64,000 bases of DNA from Eledone cirrhosa (Eukaryota): the NCBI GenBank assembly GCA_964016885.1, contig OZ024748.1, positions 58,962,001 through 59,026,000 of the forward strand, given 5' to 3'. Positions 1 to 12,460 of the stretch are shown here, piece by piece (position 1 is the stretch's first letter; every line of letters begins with the position of its first letter). The notes beneath the pieces are model-generated. The model made no database searches. It was not told the origin of the DNA and saw only the letters and a list, made by a program, of their open reading frames with translations. The translations under genes were made by a program, and so were the position numbers.

Positions 1-504
1 TCGTATAGGTCACATTGACACGACCAATAATTCCATGGAAAGGTGACGCTATCCTACTAAGGTTGTACATATTTGTTTATATCTTTTTCATGGTATCCTT
101 TTTTTTATTTTTATTATTATATTTTATTTTATTTCATATATTTATTATTATTATTATTATTTTTGTTTCTTAACATTCGGTGGAACTTAATCTTTAGAGA
201 ATACGTTGTTCGTGTCAACAACATAAAACTGACCAAAATTCAAAAGTTTCTTGTCAGAGAATATTTAATGTAAAGAATTTATATACGAATTGTTTATTGA
301 AACTGTCTGAATACTCTCACCATGCAAATCCCCTTGAACACAACACTTTCAATCATAAAATTTGGTCATATTTCATTTTCTAGTATTGTGTAAGTCAAAC
401 TGAAGTGAATAGGTGCAACCATACTGATTTCAAAATCTCTTATATATAATGGGAATTCAACAAACCAGATATAAACTTTCGCAGTACAATCTAGCATTAT
501 TATT

Positions 505-1330
505 GGGGTCGATAAAATAAAGTACCAGTAATGCACTGGGTAATTGCTGGCCTTGTGCCTAAAGTAGAAACAATTATTATTAAAGTGGAGTTATGGTCTG
601 AGTTCAAATCCCGCCAAGGTTAACTTTGCCTTTCATCCATACGGGGTCGATAAAGTACCAGTAATACACTGGGATAATTGCTAACCTTGTGCCAAAATTA
701 GAAACAATTATTATTAAAGTACCAGTAATGCAATGGGATAATTGCTGGCCTTGTGCTAAAAGAAGAAACAATTATTTTTTATGGATTCTGAGTTCAAATC
801 CCGCCGAGGTTAGCTTAGCTCTTCATCCTTGCGGTGTCGATAAAATAAAGCACCAGTAATGTACTGGAGTCGATTTAATCGATTTCCCCCTCCCCTTCAA
901 ATTGCTGACCTTGGGTCTAAAGTCGAAGCAATTATTATAGATTGGTAGTGTCGTTAGAACGTCGGACAACATGCTTTGTTATGGTATATAGTTATGGCCA
1001 TTTATGTTCCGAGTTCGAATCTAGCTGAGGTTACCTTAGCTTTTCATCCTTATTGGTGCGATAACCAGTAATGTACTGGGGTCGATTTAAGCGACTTTCC
1101 CACCCGCAAAAATCGTTGGCCTTACATCTAAGTCAGAAATGATTATTATTATAGATTGGCAGGATCGGTAGAGCATCAGACAACATGCTTTATTATAGCA
1201 TATAGTTATGGCCATTTACATTCTGAGTCTAAATCCCTCCGAGGTTAGCTATGCCTTTCAGCCTTACATGGTCGATAAAATAAGTACTAGTAACGCACTG
1301 GAGTCGATTTAATCGACTTTGCCTTTCCTT
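505..1330 (+). mobile_element. Tandem cluster of ~5 tRNA-derived SINE copies (Meta-domain-like body)
   Basis: Repeated GAGTTCAAATCCCGCCGAGGTTAACTTTGCCTTTCATCC..GGGGTCGATAAAATAAAGTACCAGT (pol III B box GTTCAAATCC); some copies have an A-box-like head TGGCAGNATCGG; tails AGAAACAATTATTATT. Confidence 0.85.
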
Positions 1331-1674
1331 TCAAATTCTTTGCCTTGTGCTAAATGTAATGTTGTTGATGCTGCCAGTTGCGTTCACTCTGAACATCAAG
1401 CTACTATAAAACCATGTCTTCAGATATTCACCAGACAACGTAAAGTTCCATCTACCAAGGTAGACGTGCTTTCTGTAGTTTTACAAGATTTATTATTAAA
1501 AAAATCTTAGCCATTTGTTGATATTTTCAGACAATGTAGCGAGTGGTTGTATTATAGCAGGAATTACTATTATTTCTCATAAACAATATATTAATAATAG
1601 AAATATATATCTTGCAAATATAACTGAAATATATTTTGTGCATAACAATAACGTTTTGGCGCTACTCTTTTAGC

Positions 1675-1748
1675 TTTCCGCTGATAACCATAACAGGCTT
1701 GTTGTGTTTTTACTGCAAGCGTTAGAAACACAGCCTTGTGTCCGGAAA
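1675..1748 (+). ncRNA. Type I hammerhead ribozyme motif, variant core CUGAUAA
   Basis: Stem I TTTCCG/CGGAAA; core CTGATAA 1681-1687; stem II TAAC..GCTTG/CAAGC.GTTA; GAAA 1725-1728; stem III ACACA-gcct-TGTGT; GUC site 1740-1742. Confidence 0.65.
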
Positions 1749-1772
1749 ATATTTATTTAATATATGTATATG

Positions 1773-2050
1773 AGGCGGAAAATTGGCAGAGTTGTTAGAA
1801 CGTCGGATAGAATACTTTGTGTTATTCATTTCCTCTCTCAGCTCTCTGAGTTCAAATCCCACAAAGGTCAACTTTGCTTTTCATCCTTTTGAGGTTGATA
1901 AAAAAAAAAGTACCAGTCAAGTACTGGGGTCGGTTCTTATTCTCGATATCTCCTTCTCACTACCATTCCCTCACTCTTTATCCTTCTCTGGAAGTAATCT
2001 GTTGTGTTCAAACCCGGAGATGGATTGGCTCCACCAGGTTTAAAAAATGC
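1773..2050 (+). mobile_element. tRNA-derived SINE with extended 3' tail
   Basis: TTGGCAGAGTTGTTAGAACGTCGG head, GAGTTCAAATCCC, same body; tail TCTGGAAG..GGCTCCACCAGG recurs at ~23120, ~24870 (minus) and ~27060. Confidence 0.75.
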
Positions 2051-2184
2051 CCCTACGACTCCCTCAAGGGTGATGGGACCATGAAAGCATATCCTTACTT
2101 ATGTCATGACATTCATTTTCTAGCGTCCTTTTATTTCAGCCATCATTCTGTTTTACTATATTATTGCTCTTAGGGCAATGTATT

Positions 2185-2350
2185 TGCAGAATCGGCAGAG
2201 CGTCAGACACCATGCTTTGCCGCATAGCGTTACAGTCTTTTACATTCTGAGTTCAAATCCCGGCGATGCTAGCTTTGCCTTCCATCCTTACGGGGTCGAT
2301 ATAATCGACTTTCCCATTCCCACAAATTGTTGGCACTGTGACTACATCAA
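2185..2350 (+). mobile_element. tRNA-derived SINE
   Basis: Head + GAGTTCAAATCCCGGCG + GCCTTCCATCCTTACGGGGTCGAT. Confidence 0.8.
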
Positions 2351-2964
2351 AAACCAGTATTCTAATGCCTGAATCGACAAAAGTAGGGCATGGAAAAATG
2401 ATGAGATTTAACCCATCAAAAAGTTTTGGTTTCTTTTTTGTTATTATTTAACTTCTACCTACTATAACTCATCTCTGAACTTACAATAAGTGATTACAGT
2501 AAAATTCTGTTTTATATGTATTTATTATTTAAGACTGATGTTAATTTTGTTTCTTGTCATTGCCTTTTATTTTATTATATTTTATTTTACTTTTTAAGTT
2601 ATAATATTAACTGACTACTGTTAACTCGGTTAACTCGTATAATGACTGGTATAATTAGCTGCTTATTTCGCCGCCAAGTAGAACTGTTAAGAATCATAAT
2701 TGTAGCATTATTTTCAACTAAACACAAAACATAAGGAAACAAAAACACACGGAATTGCGATTTACATAGGGTTAAAATGTAGAACAAATTATTATGCAAC
2801 TTGCGAAAATGAAATATGAAGAGAAGGTCAGATATATTTTGTAGTTCCGTTGTAAATCGCCTTGCTGAAAAAAGATGGAAAGGGTTGAAATAGTAAAAGG
2901 GAAAACAGCACTGAATTTTATACTTTGATTGGGACGGGGGATGAGGATCTTCTTCAGCATTGCA

Positions 2965-3230
2965 CTGCTTAGAGTTCAAATCCCAGCGATGTAGATTTCA
3001 ATTTTACAACGGAACTAATTAGATATGTATCTGTAATAAGAAATTATTTTCGTTGTTTTTCGAGTTCAAATCCCAACGGGCAGTTTTCGATTTTCCCCAG
3101 GATCAATAACATATGGATCTGTAATAAGAAATCATTTTCGTTGATTCTAGAGTTCTGCACCCAGTGGTGCATATTTCGCCCCCCTCCCCCTTCCCCCGGA
3201 CCAATAAGATATGTATCTGTAATAAAAAGA
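2965..3230 (+). repeat. Degenerate ~75-bp tandem repeat (3 units) derived from SINE B-box region
   Basis: GAGTTC..CCCA...ATCTGTAATAAGAAAT recurs at ~2972, ~3062, ~3150. Confidence 0.55.
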
Positions 3231-3397
3231 AATTCTCTTTTTCCATTGTTTAGAAGGTGGGAGTGTGTGTGTGGCAAGTTGTCAATATTTTATAGAAAAG
3301 ATGCAGATATTTTGTGTGGTTAAGAATCTCACTCCACGACGACGTGGTTTAAGGTTCCATTCCATAGGCATCATGGTTTAGTGTGTTTTATATACCA

Positions 3398-4256
3398 CTA
3401 GCAGAATGGCCCGGCGTTGCTCGGGCTTCTAAACATAGATTGCCATTTTTAGCCCTCCTTTCTGAAACAGTTTCGTCGTATGTTCATCAATTGATGCAAA
3501 AGTCCTAATAAAAAGTGAAGTCACCTTGGGTGAATAGGCAAATAATTTTCCTTTAAGATTTTTCAAAAGCATGTAATTGCGTTCCCTCTCTTTTTTGTTG
3601 TTGTTTTTGCTGGTGTTGGTGTGATAGTGGCCGTTGGTCGTACTACTAACACGGTCTCGTCCTTCTTCAACCAATCGTGTAAATCCCCTTCTGCCTCGCC
3701 AGCAATGAGAACAATATTTGCTCTAGGGTTCTTATATATTTGATATATATTTATCCTTATAGAGCCTCGTGAAATAAATATGTTTGTTTATATTTTGTTA
3801 TTGTGTATGCAAAAATATCTGTACACGAATATATAATTATATATATATATATATTAAAATAACAGATTAAAGTTTAAGCGAAGAATCGCTGCTTTCACCC
3901 TTAACGCGATCTTCTGAAACTAAAAAAAAAATCGATCTGTGAACGCAGAAGTAAATATTTCGAAAAACGTTACACACCATATATATACACTCTATATATA
4001 CATATATACACACAGTGACATAATGTCGTAATGCAGGCAGCCAGACATACAGACAGATATTATGAGGGCGCGACGTTATAGCTATTTAATGCGGTCCCTA
4101 GGGCATTGAAAATTTGAAATATTTTTTTGCTCAAAACACTCACACAACCATAAGTATTACATGTGTAAAGTTTGAAAAAAATCGGTTGGGTGGTTCTCGA
4201 GTTTTAGGGAGTCAGACAGACAGACAGACATACATTCTCTGTTTTAGATATATAGA
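3398..4256 (-). mobile_element. Non-autonomous Helitron (copy 1), carries a PLE/HHR fragment
   Basis: Minus strand starts TCTATATATCTAAAAC followed by (GTCT)n; ends CCCGAGCAACGCCGGG hairpin + CTAG followed by T. Confidence 0.8.
3871..3921 (-). ncRNA. Hammerhead-like motif, family D (core CAGAAGA)
   Basis: Minus: AGTTT CAGAAGA tcgc-gttaa-gggt GAAA gcag..tcgc TT AAACT; homologous to 46411-46460. Confidence 0.5.
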
Positions 4257-4933
<677 letters not shown>

Positions 4934-5744
4934 TAACCACGCATCGAATAATGTATTGCAAATGAGATTTGGTACATGGAAACTGTGTAGATGCCTGACA
5001 GTGTTTTTTGGTGGTGAGAGGCATAATGCATCACCTAGTTTAACACGACCACCTGAACTTTGAGCTTCTTCAATGGAGAATCTACTCTTGTAAGCATTCA
5101 GGCTTCTCTTCAGGCTAATTTAAGAAGTATTGTTAAACAGATGTTTACTTGTGTAGAAAGGATTCTGTCAACGACCGTGTGAATCATAAAGAACTCACCA
5201 CCGCCCTCCTTTCACCAGGAAGAGAAAGAAATTCCCTTCTGTTCACAGTGGATATGGTGAAGCAAGTTATGTGGTAGACGTGACAACGAAGACTGATGAC
5301 ACATCCATTTCTTTTTGGTTAAGTCCTCGTCGAGGTTTTCAAGTATGTTTGTTTGGGTTTTTTTTTACCTTGAAGATGAAGGTAAAGAGGAAGGCGCTGT
5401 CCACCAGTAAATTTGTTGAACGATGGGTGAGAGTTGCGAACATTTCCCGAGTGAATGAGTCTACCCTAAGTATGGGTATGCACACCGAGAAATGACAGAT
5501 GAGGGAGGGCACTTGCCCTTCATGCACATGGTAAACCAGGATTTCCAGAGTTCATCGATTGGTCCTACGTAGCGATTAATTCTATTAAGAAATTTTCGTT
5601 GCTGGTAATTTTTTAGCAATACCTTGTTTTTATTTTCTGTTCACTCCTGGTACATTGTGGGTATGCAATTACCCACAATGCTGTAGTTTGGTCTTTGTAT
5701 CTTTTTGCCTCATGAATAATTTATCATTATTGTTAGTATATACC

Positions 5745-6400
5745 TTTTACGTTCCGAGTTCAAATCACACTGCGGTTAGCTTTTTCTTTCATTCTTACGG
5801 GGTCGATAAAATAAAGTACCAGTAATGCACTTTCCCCTCCCCAAAAATTGTTGGCCTTGTGCCTAAATCAGAACCATTGGACTGGCAGTATCGATAAAGG
5901 GTCGGACGCCATGCTTTGTAGCATAGTTATGCCCCTTTACGGTCTGAATTCAAATCCCGCCGAGGTTAACTTTGCCTTTCATCCTTACGGGGTCGATAAA
6001 ATAAAGTACCAGTAATACACTGGGTAATTGCTGGCTTTGTGCCTAACGTAGAAACAATTATTAGTATTATTATTGGATACCTTTTACGTACCGAGTTCAA
6101 ATCACGTTGAGGTTGGCTTTGCCCTTCATTGTTATGAAGTCGATAAAATAAAGTACCAGTCACACACTGGGGGCAATTTCATAGTTTTTCCCCTCCCGCT
6201 AAAATTGTTGGCCCTATGTATAAATCAGAAATCATTATCATTAGCGGATTAAGCGCAGGATTGGCAGAGTCGTTAGTGCATCGGACTTTACATACTGTTA
6301 AAGTCCCGCTGAAGTTAATTTTGCCTTTAATCCTTTCTGGGTCGATAAAATAAAGTATCAAATATCTAAATTTCTGACCTTGTGCCAAAGTTAGAAATGG
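5745..6400 (+). mobile_element. Cluster of 4-5 tRNA-derived SINE copies
   Basis: Repeated GTTCAAATC..GTCGATAAAATAAAGTACCAGT units. Confidence 0.8.
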
Positions 6401-6789
6401 GTTGACAGAAGCGTAAAAACTTGGTTAAAATGTCATTATCCTAGGGTGACGAGTCGGCAAAATCAGGAGTACCCCGGGGGGGGGGGGGGGAATATACACT
6501 GGCGTATTTCTTAGGGCCAAAATAATCAACATTCCCCCTTCCCCCAAAGTTGTTGGCGTTTTGCCAGTTTTAGAACGAATTATTATTATTGTCGTTTGGT
6601 CACGTCGCAATATTTCGTCTCGATAAAATGTTAAAGATCAAAATAAATAAATAAATAAATAAATAACAAACCAATATATAGTTTAGAAAGAAAAAGTGAA
6701 AAGGGGGAAAATAACAGAAATTAATTTCAAATTAACTTGCCAAAAATGAACAGAACTTACAAAGAGTTAATTGAAAACATCGGAGAAGG

Positions 6790-7150
6790 AGTAGGTGGTG
6801 GGTGAGGAGGATGGATGGGAAGAGGGTAGGAGGAAGAGGGACAAAGGAGCCAAACAGAAGCAAAGAAAGAAAGGGAGAAAGAAAGCTAGTAAGAAAGAAG
6901 GAAATAGAGTAGAAGGAAGAGAGGAAAAAAAAAACAAAAGGCAGAAAGTAAGAAAGAAAGAAAAAAGGCAGAAAGAAGGAAAGGAAGAAATAAAGAAAAG
7001 AGGAAAGACGGGAGGGAGGAGAAAAACGAAAAAGATAGATAAGGAGAAACATAGAAAGAAAGGACGAGGAAAGGGAGGAAGAACGAAGAAGTGAAAGAAA
7101 GAAAGAGGAAGAGAGAGAGAGAAAGAAGAGGAGAAAGATAAAGAACTGAT
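6790..7150. repeat. Purine-rich (GA/GAA) low-complexity tract
   Basis: Composition. Confidence 0.8.
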
Positions 7151-7451
7151 AGGAATATGTAAGAGAAACTGAAACGTGCATACGAACCAAGCGAGACAAT
7201 AACAGGCACTTAAATGCAGTTGAGTAGTGGAAAGGGGTCAAAGCGCTAAAAGCAGGTCGTTGACATGGCAGTAAAATGTCTAGGTTATAATCTGACGAGG
7301 CTGTGGTGTTTACATTTGCTGCTGTTCAAAGATAACAAGATAACGGACAGGTAGATAAACGGTGATGGTGATAGCGACGGAGAATAGAATCGAAGGAAAG
7401 CGACTCGTTTTCGAATCTCGATTAAGATATTTGTTAACCGATATTTTTTAA

Positions 7452-8320
7452 CATAAATATAAGTATGTATACGTACATACATATATGTATACAGACGTAC
7501 AGTAGTATGTATATACACACATATATATATGTACGTATGGGTTTACCGAACATTTATTATAATATTCGGTTTGTTTGTAAACAAACAGCCCGAATTAAGC
7601 TGTACAGTGTTCGGCAACCATCGTTGCCCTTTTGTTCAACACTGAACAAAAGCGCAGCTTATTAGCTGTCATCAGCATCGTATACCTTCCTGTCAGTCGA
7701 TTGAACGTTTGAAAGTATATACTTTCCTTATGCATATTAACGGCTGAGCAGCCTAATTTGCATATCGAGTGAGTTAGTCGGCCGGGCGTACCGAAAATGA
7801 TAAATGGAAAAAATGAAATTTCATTTCTCACTCTTAGTACGGCTGATACTTAAATATAAGTAGTTATACGTACATACATATATGTATACAGACGTACAGT
7901 AGTATGTATATACATATGTGTACGTATGGGTTTACCGAATAGCCGTTAATATGCACAAGGAAAGTATATACTTTCAAACGTTCAATCGACTGACAGGAAG
8001 GTATACGGTGCTGATGACAGCTAATAAGCTAGAAACTAGTTCATCGTTCCTATGTCAGTGTTGAACAAAAGGGCAACGATGGTTGCCGAACACTGTACGC
8101 CTTAATTCGGGCTGTTTGTTTACAAACAAACCGAACATTATAATAAATGTTCGGTAAACCCATACGTACATATATGTATATACATACTACATACTACTGC
8201 ACATATATATGTATATACATACTGCTGTACGTCTGTATACATATATGTATGTACGTATACATACTTATATTTAAGTATCAACCGTACTAAGAGTGAGAAA
8301 TGAAATTTTATTTTTTTCCT
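7452..8320. mobile_element. Non-coding HHR-bearing repeat, family A, locus 1 (partial tandem + inverted copy)
   Basis: 7452-7940 unit with partial direct repeat from ~7802, inverted copy 7941-8320; homologous to 43495-44290 and 62440-63450. Confidence 0.85.
8005..8047 (+). ncRNA. Minimal type I hammerhead ribozyme, family A
   Basis: ACGGTG CTGATGA c AGCT-aata-AGCT a GAAA CTAG T T CATCGT: stem I 6 bp, palindromic stem III ACTAGT, GUU site. Confidence 0.8.
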
Positions 8321-8341
8321 TTTAACATACATATATATATA

Positions 8342-8490
8342 TATTAAAATAACAGATTAAAGTTTAAGCAAAGAATCGCTGCTTTCACCCTTAACGGGAT
8401 CATCAGATGATCTCGTTAAGGGTGAAAGCAGCGACGCTTTGCTTAAACTTTAATTTGTCATTTTAATATTTGCTCTATGGTTTTATATCT
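8342..8490. mobile_element. Inverted repeat of family D (PLE terminal repeat) fragment
   Basis: Arms 8342-8404 / 8406-8468 centred on GATCATC-A-GATGATC; matches 46416-46505. Confidence 0.75.
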
Positions 8491-8502
8491 CTCTCTCTCT
8501 CT

Positions 8503-8667
8503 GTATGTATGTATGTATGTATGTATGTATGTATGTATGTATGTATGTATGTATGTATGTATGTATGTATGTATGTATGTATGTATGTATGTATGTATGT
8601 ATGCATGCATGCATGCATGCATGCATGCATGCATGTATGTATGTATGTATGCATGTATGTATGTATG
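8503..8667. repeat. (TATG)n/(CATG)n microsatellite
   Basis: Direct reading. Confidence 0.95.
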
Positions 8668-9009
8668 TCGGGTCACCAGTTGGTGCTACTGGTAACATGT
8701 ATCCCAGTACAACCTGTCTCATGGTCGGGTCATTGGCGACTAAACTGGCAACCCCACCAAGGTTTCTTGGTGAGGAGAGTGACTTTGGACATCCTGCATG
8801 ACTAAAAACAAAACCTGTCAAAGGGCAAAGGAGCTCTTAAGAGTCAATGGCCATCCAAAATCACCGGGAGAGATGACCCCTTAGCCTTTGTCAAGGCAGA
8901 GTTCTAGAAGGAAAACTCTGATATAACACCTGCAACCCTGATGGTATCCAATGATGTTGACTTGTTCTTCTTTTTGGTAAATATCATCTTGGTTAAGAGA
9001 GTGGACCTG

Positions 9010-9445
9010 TACCTTTCATTCTTACGGGGGTCGATAATATAAAGCACCAGTAATGCACTGAGGTAGATTTAATCGACTTTCCCCCCTCCCCAAATTGCCA
9101 GCCTTGTGCCTATATAAGAAATCATTAAAATTATTAAGGGTAGTGGATTGGCAATATTGGTAGACCTTCGGTCAGCATGCTTTGCAGCAAATATTAACGC
9201 CCCTTTGCGTTGTCAGTTCAAACCCGCCGAGGTTAACTTTTCCTTTCATCCTTACGGGGTCGATAAAATAAAGCACCAGTAATACACTTGGGTCAATTTA
9301 ATTGATTTTCCCCTTTCCCCGAAATTGTTGGTCTTATCCCGCCGAGGTTAACTTTGCCTTTCATCCTTACGGGGTCGATAAGATAAAGTACCAGTAATGC
9401 ACTGAGATAATTGCTGGCCTTGTGCCAAAAGTAGAAACAATTATT
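9010..9445 (+). mobile_element. Cluster of 3 tRNA-derived SINE copies
   Basis: Same body motif as 505-1330. Confidence 0.8.
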
Positions 9446-10669
9446 AAACTGGGGTTTGGAACATCACTCAAAACTTATTTCATAAGCTGAAAACGTGGAC
9501 GACTAAAATAGAGAATGTTAAACCCAGTTAAGAGCAGCTTTTTACATCCTGAGTTCAAATCCTGTATCATTTTACTTTTGCAACATAACAAGCCATGATA
9601 ACAGTTAAGGAGGTGAAGGTGGGTGACGATATTGAAACCAAAGCTACTGGGTCTCGAACCTTCGTTAAAGTATTTTAGCATCACATGACTGAGAACACAA
9701 CACTCCTCTCTAGACAGGACGCCAGTTCGTCATAGTTAACCGCACAGCTGCTTCTGAAACTCACTTTGGTTTTCATTTTATCTGATTAGACTGAAGCTAT
9801 GTGAAATGAAGTGTCTTGCTCAAGGATACAACGCACCCCGTGGTGTCAGTACAGAGCCGACTATATTCTAATCACTAGACATTGTCTCTCTACTCGTCAT
9901 GATGTGTCAACTAAATTTCTGAGGGCATTTTATTAGACAAGAACTGTCTATCGCAGTGATGGGAAGGGACTATTCCTATTTTGGGGTCACAGACCTAAAC
10001 CATCACCCGGTTTAGCACCGCCTCCTGATCTTTTGGTGTGCAGTGAGAATTATTCCTATTTTGGAGTGGTATACTTAAACCATCACCTGGTTTACTACCA
10101 CAATCACCTATCTTTGGTTGTATTTAGCGAAATCCACTCTGTTGAAAGTATTTGAACCTCATCTCTGGCCTGAGAATAACATTCTCTTTTCCTCCACTGG
10201 TCTAGGAGGTGTCCATGAAGATCACGAGCGCTGCCCTATCTTCTCTGACCAAGTCATAAGAAAACATGAAAACATTATAGATATAATAGGCTTGGATGCA
10301 GGATATTTTAATGTTTAAGGTTTTCACCTCGCAATCATTAGGTCCCAAGTTCAATCCTACTCTGTGGAATCTTGGGCAAGTGTTATTTACCATAGCCGTG
10401 AGTCGACACATGCCTTGTCTGTGAAACTGGATAAACTCATTGGATGGTTGTCAGGTCGACTGTATTATTTGCAGTTCAAAAGGGCCACGTTTCTGTAGAA
10501 TTCTCAGACACTTATATGTTAATTTCATGAGTAGAATGTTTCGCTGATCGAAAGAAATGAAACATTCTTCGCCGAAACCACCGGAGATCCTTTCCATTAT
10601 AGAGCACATTGTAATAACAACCCATCAATCCTTCCTCCCCCAAGAGTGTCAGTAATGAAAGGGTTAAAA

Positions 10670-10962
10670 TTGAAATGTATAACCAGTGTATTTCATTAGA
10701 AATGTGGTAATGAAAGTGTGTTAAAATAGAATCACATAAGCAGTGTATTTCATTAAAAAAATGGCAATGGAAGTGTTAAAAATAGGCAGTGTATTTCATT
10801 AGAAATATGGTAATGTAAGTGTTAACAAAAAGCAGTGTATTTGATTAGAAATATGGTAATGAAAGTGTTAACAATAAACAGTGTATTTCATAAGAAATAT
10901 CGCAATGAAAGGGTCAAGAGTAGACATAGTATTTCATTAGAAATACGGTAATGAAAGTGTTA
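10670..10962. repeat. Minisatellite, ~45-bp unit x6-7
   Basis: CAGTGTATTTCATTAGAAATATGGTAATGAAAGTGTTAA repeated. Confidence 0.85.
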
Positions 10963-11201
10963 CGGCAACAACAAATGCTAGTTTTTGCCATCCTGCAAAC
11001 TAACCTGAAAACTGAAATAAATATAAAGTCATCTACCATCTATGGGATGTCCATTTATATATAAAAAAAAAGAAAAGAAACACAGCAGATGTCAATTAAA
11101 TTCTTTAATTATTCCATTAAAAAAAATTAATTATTGTCGGAATCAAAATAAACTTATAAAAACTTTCTTCATCACATCATTTATCGATATATATGTGGGT
11201 G

Positions 11202-11258
<57 letters not shown>

Positions 11259-11749
11259 GAGTAAAAATTGAAATTTGTAGTTAAACGATCAGAAGTGAGA
11301 GTAAGATAGTCAATAACGTTTCAGGTGTGTGTCATTCATCAGATGGTTGAGTGAGGAAGGAAAAAGTGAAACCAAGGACAGAGTTGGCAACAAAATGCGT
11401 ATCCAACGTTCTAGCAACTCTGCCAATTTGCCGCCTCTTCACAATTTAAATATAAATGAACAAAAAAAAAAAACAACTAATAATGAATATGTCTTATAAC
11501 AATTCGCAACAAACATATAAGGAATAAGTAAATAAATAAAGAATGAAACAAAGACAAAACAGAACTCGACCCTCTACACAATCCGCTTGAATTGTCTAAT
11601 GGTGCGGCACGTGAAAGATTTAAAAAAAAAATATCTATCAAGCTGTCAGCATATCAATTGAGGCAGCAGACGACACTGCTTGGCACACGGATCGTCTGCA
11701 TTATTTGTATTATAACTTCGTTGGCTGATACGTAAAAAGTTGTATCTCA

Positions 11750-12047
11750 TAATAATTGTTTCTACTTTAGGCACAAGGCCAGCAATTACCCCTCCTAATA
11801 ATACAAGGGAAATCGGGGCGGAGGGTTAGATTAAGAGAGGAGAGTGTAAGAGGGAAAGGTGAGAGATAAGGAGGTCGTTTATTGGGATAAAAGAGGAGAC
11901 GGTGATAAGTAAATACAGTGAGTATGGGAAACCCCGTAAGGATGAAAGGCAAAGTCAACCTCGGCAGGATATTAACTCAGACCGTAAAGGGACGTAACTC
12001 TATGCTGCAAAGCATGGTGTCCGACCCTCTACCGATACTGCCAATCC
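11750..12047 (-). mobile_element. tRNA-derived SINE interrupted by ~140-bp purine-rich insert
   Basis: Reverse-complement tail 11750-11790 and head/body 11930-12047. Confidence 0.7.
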
Positions 12048-12269
12048 ACATGAGAATGAAAAGCAATACGAATGAGGAATAATGAATACTTGTGTCGAGC
12101 AGAAGAGCCTGCAATGAAGTGGGCGAAACTCGGAGTTTGTATTGTTATTTCCTTTAACCTAATAGAATTTAAACCGGCCATATTCGGCCAGAATTCTCTC
12201 ACCCCTTTTTGTTCAAACTGCCTATAACCAGCCATTTATACTGATGTTAAGGTATTGTTCTCAAAATAA

Positions 12270-12460
12270 ATAATTGTTTCTACTTTTGGCACAAGGCCAG
12301 CAATTACCCAGTGTATTACTGGTATTTTATTTTATCGACCCCGTAAGGATGAAAGGCAAAGTTAACCTCGGCGGGATTTGAACTCAGAATGGCAAGGGCC
12401 GTAATTCTATGCGTCAAAGTATGGCGTCCGACCCTCTACCGATACTGCCAATCCACCGCC
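12270..12460 (-). mobile_element. Full-length tRNA-derived SINE
   Basis: Reverse complement of head, B box and body. Confidence 0.85.

Noticed and set aside
595-620. tRNA genes at GTTCAAATCC motifs
   Set aside because: B boxes of SINE heads; no complete cloverleaf.
4935-5560. Possible transposase remnant on the minus strand
   Set aside because: Only faint similarity; no catalytic motif readable.
8670-9000. Possible RTE 5' UTR with HDV-like ribozyme
   Set aside because: Looks repeat-derived but the nested pseudoknot could not be laid out by eye.
10118-10318. Possible host exon (66-aa ORF of ordinary composition)
   Set aside because: No recognisable domain, splice context or partner exons.
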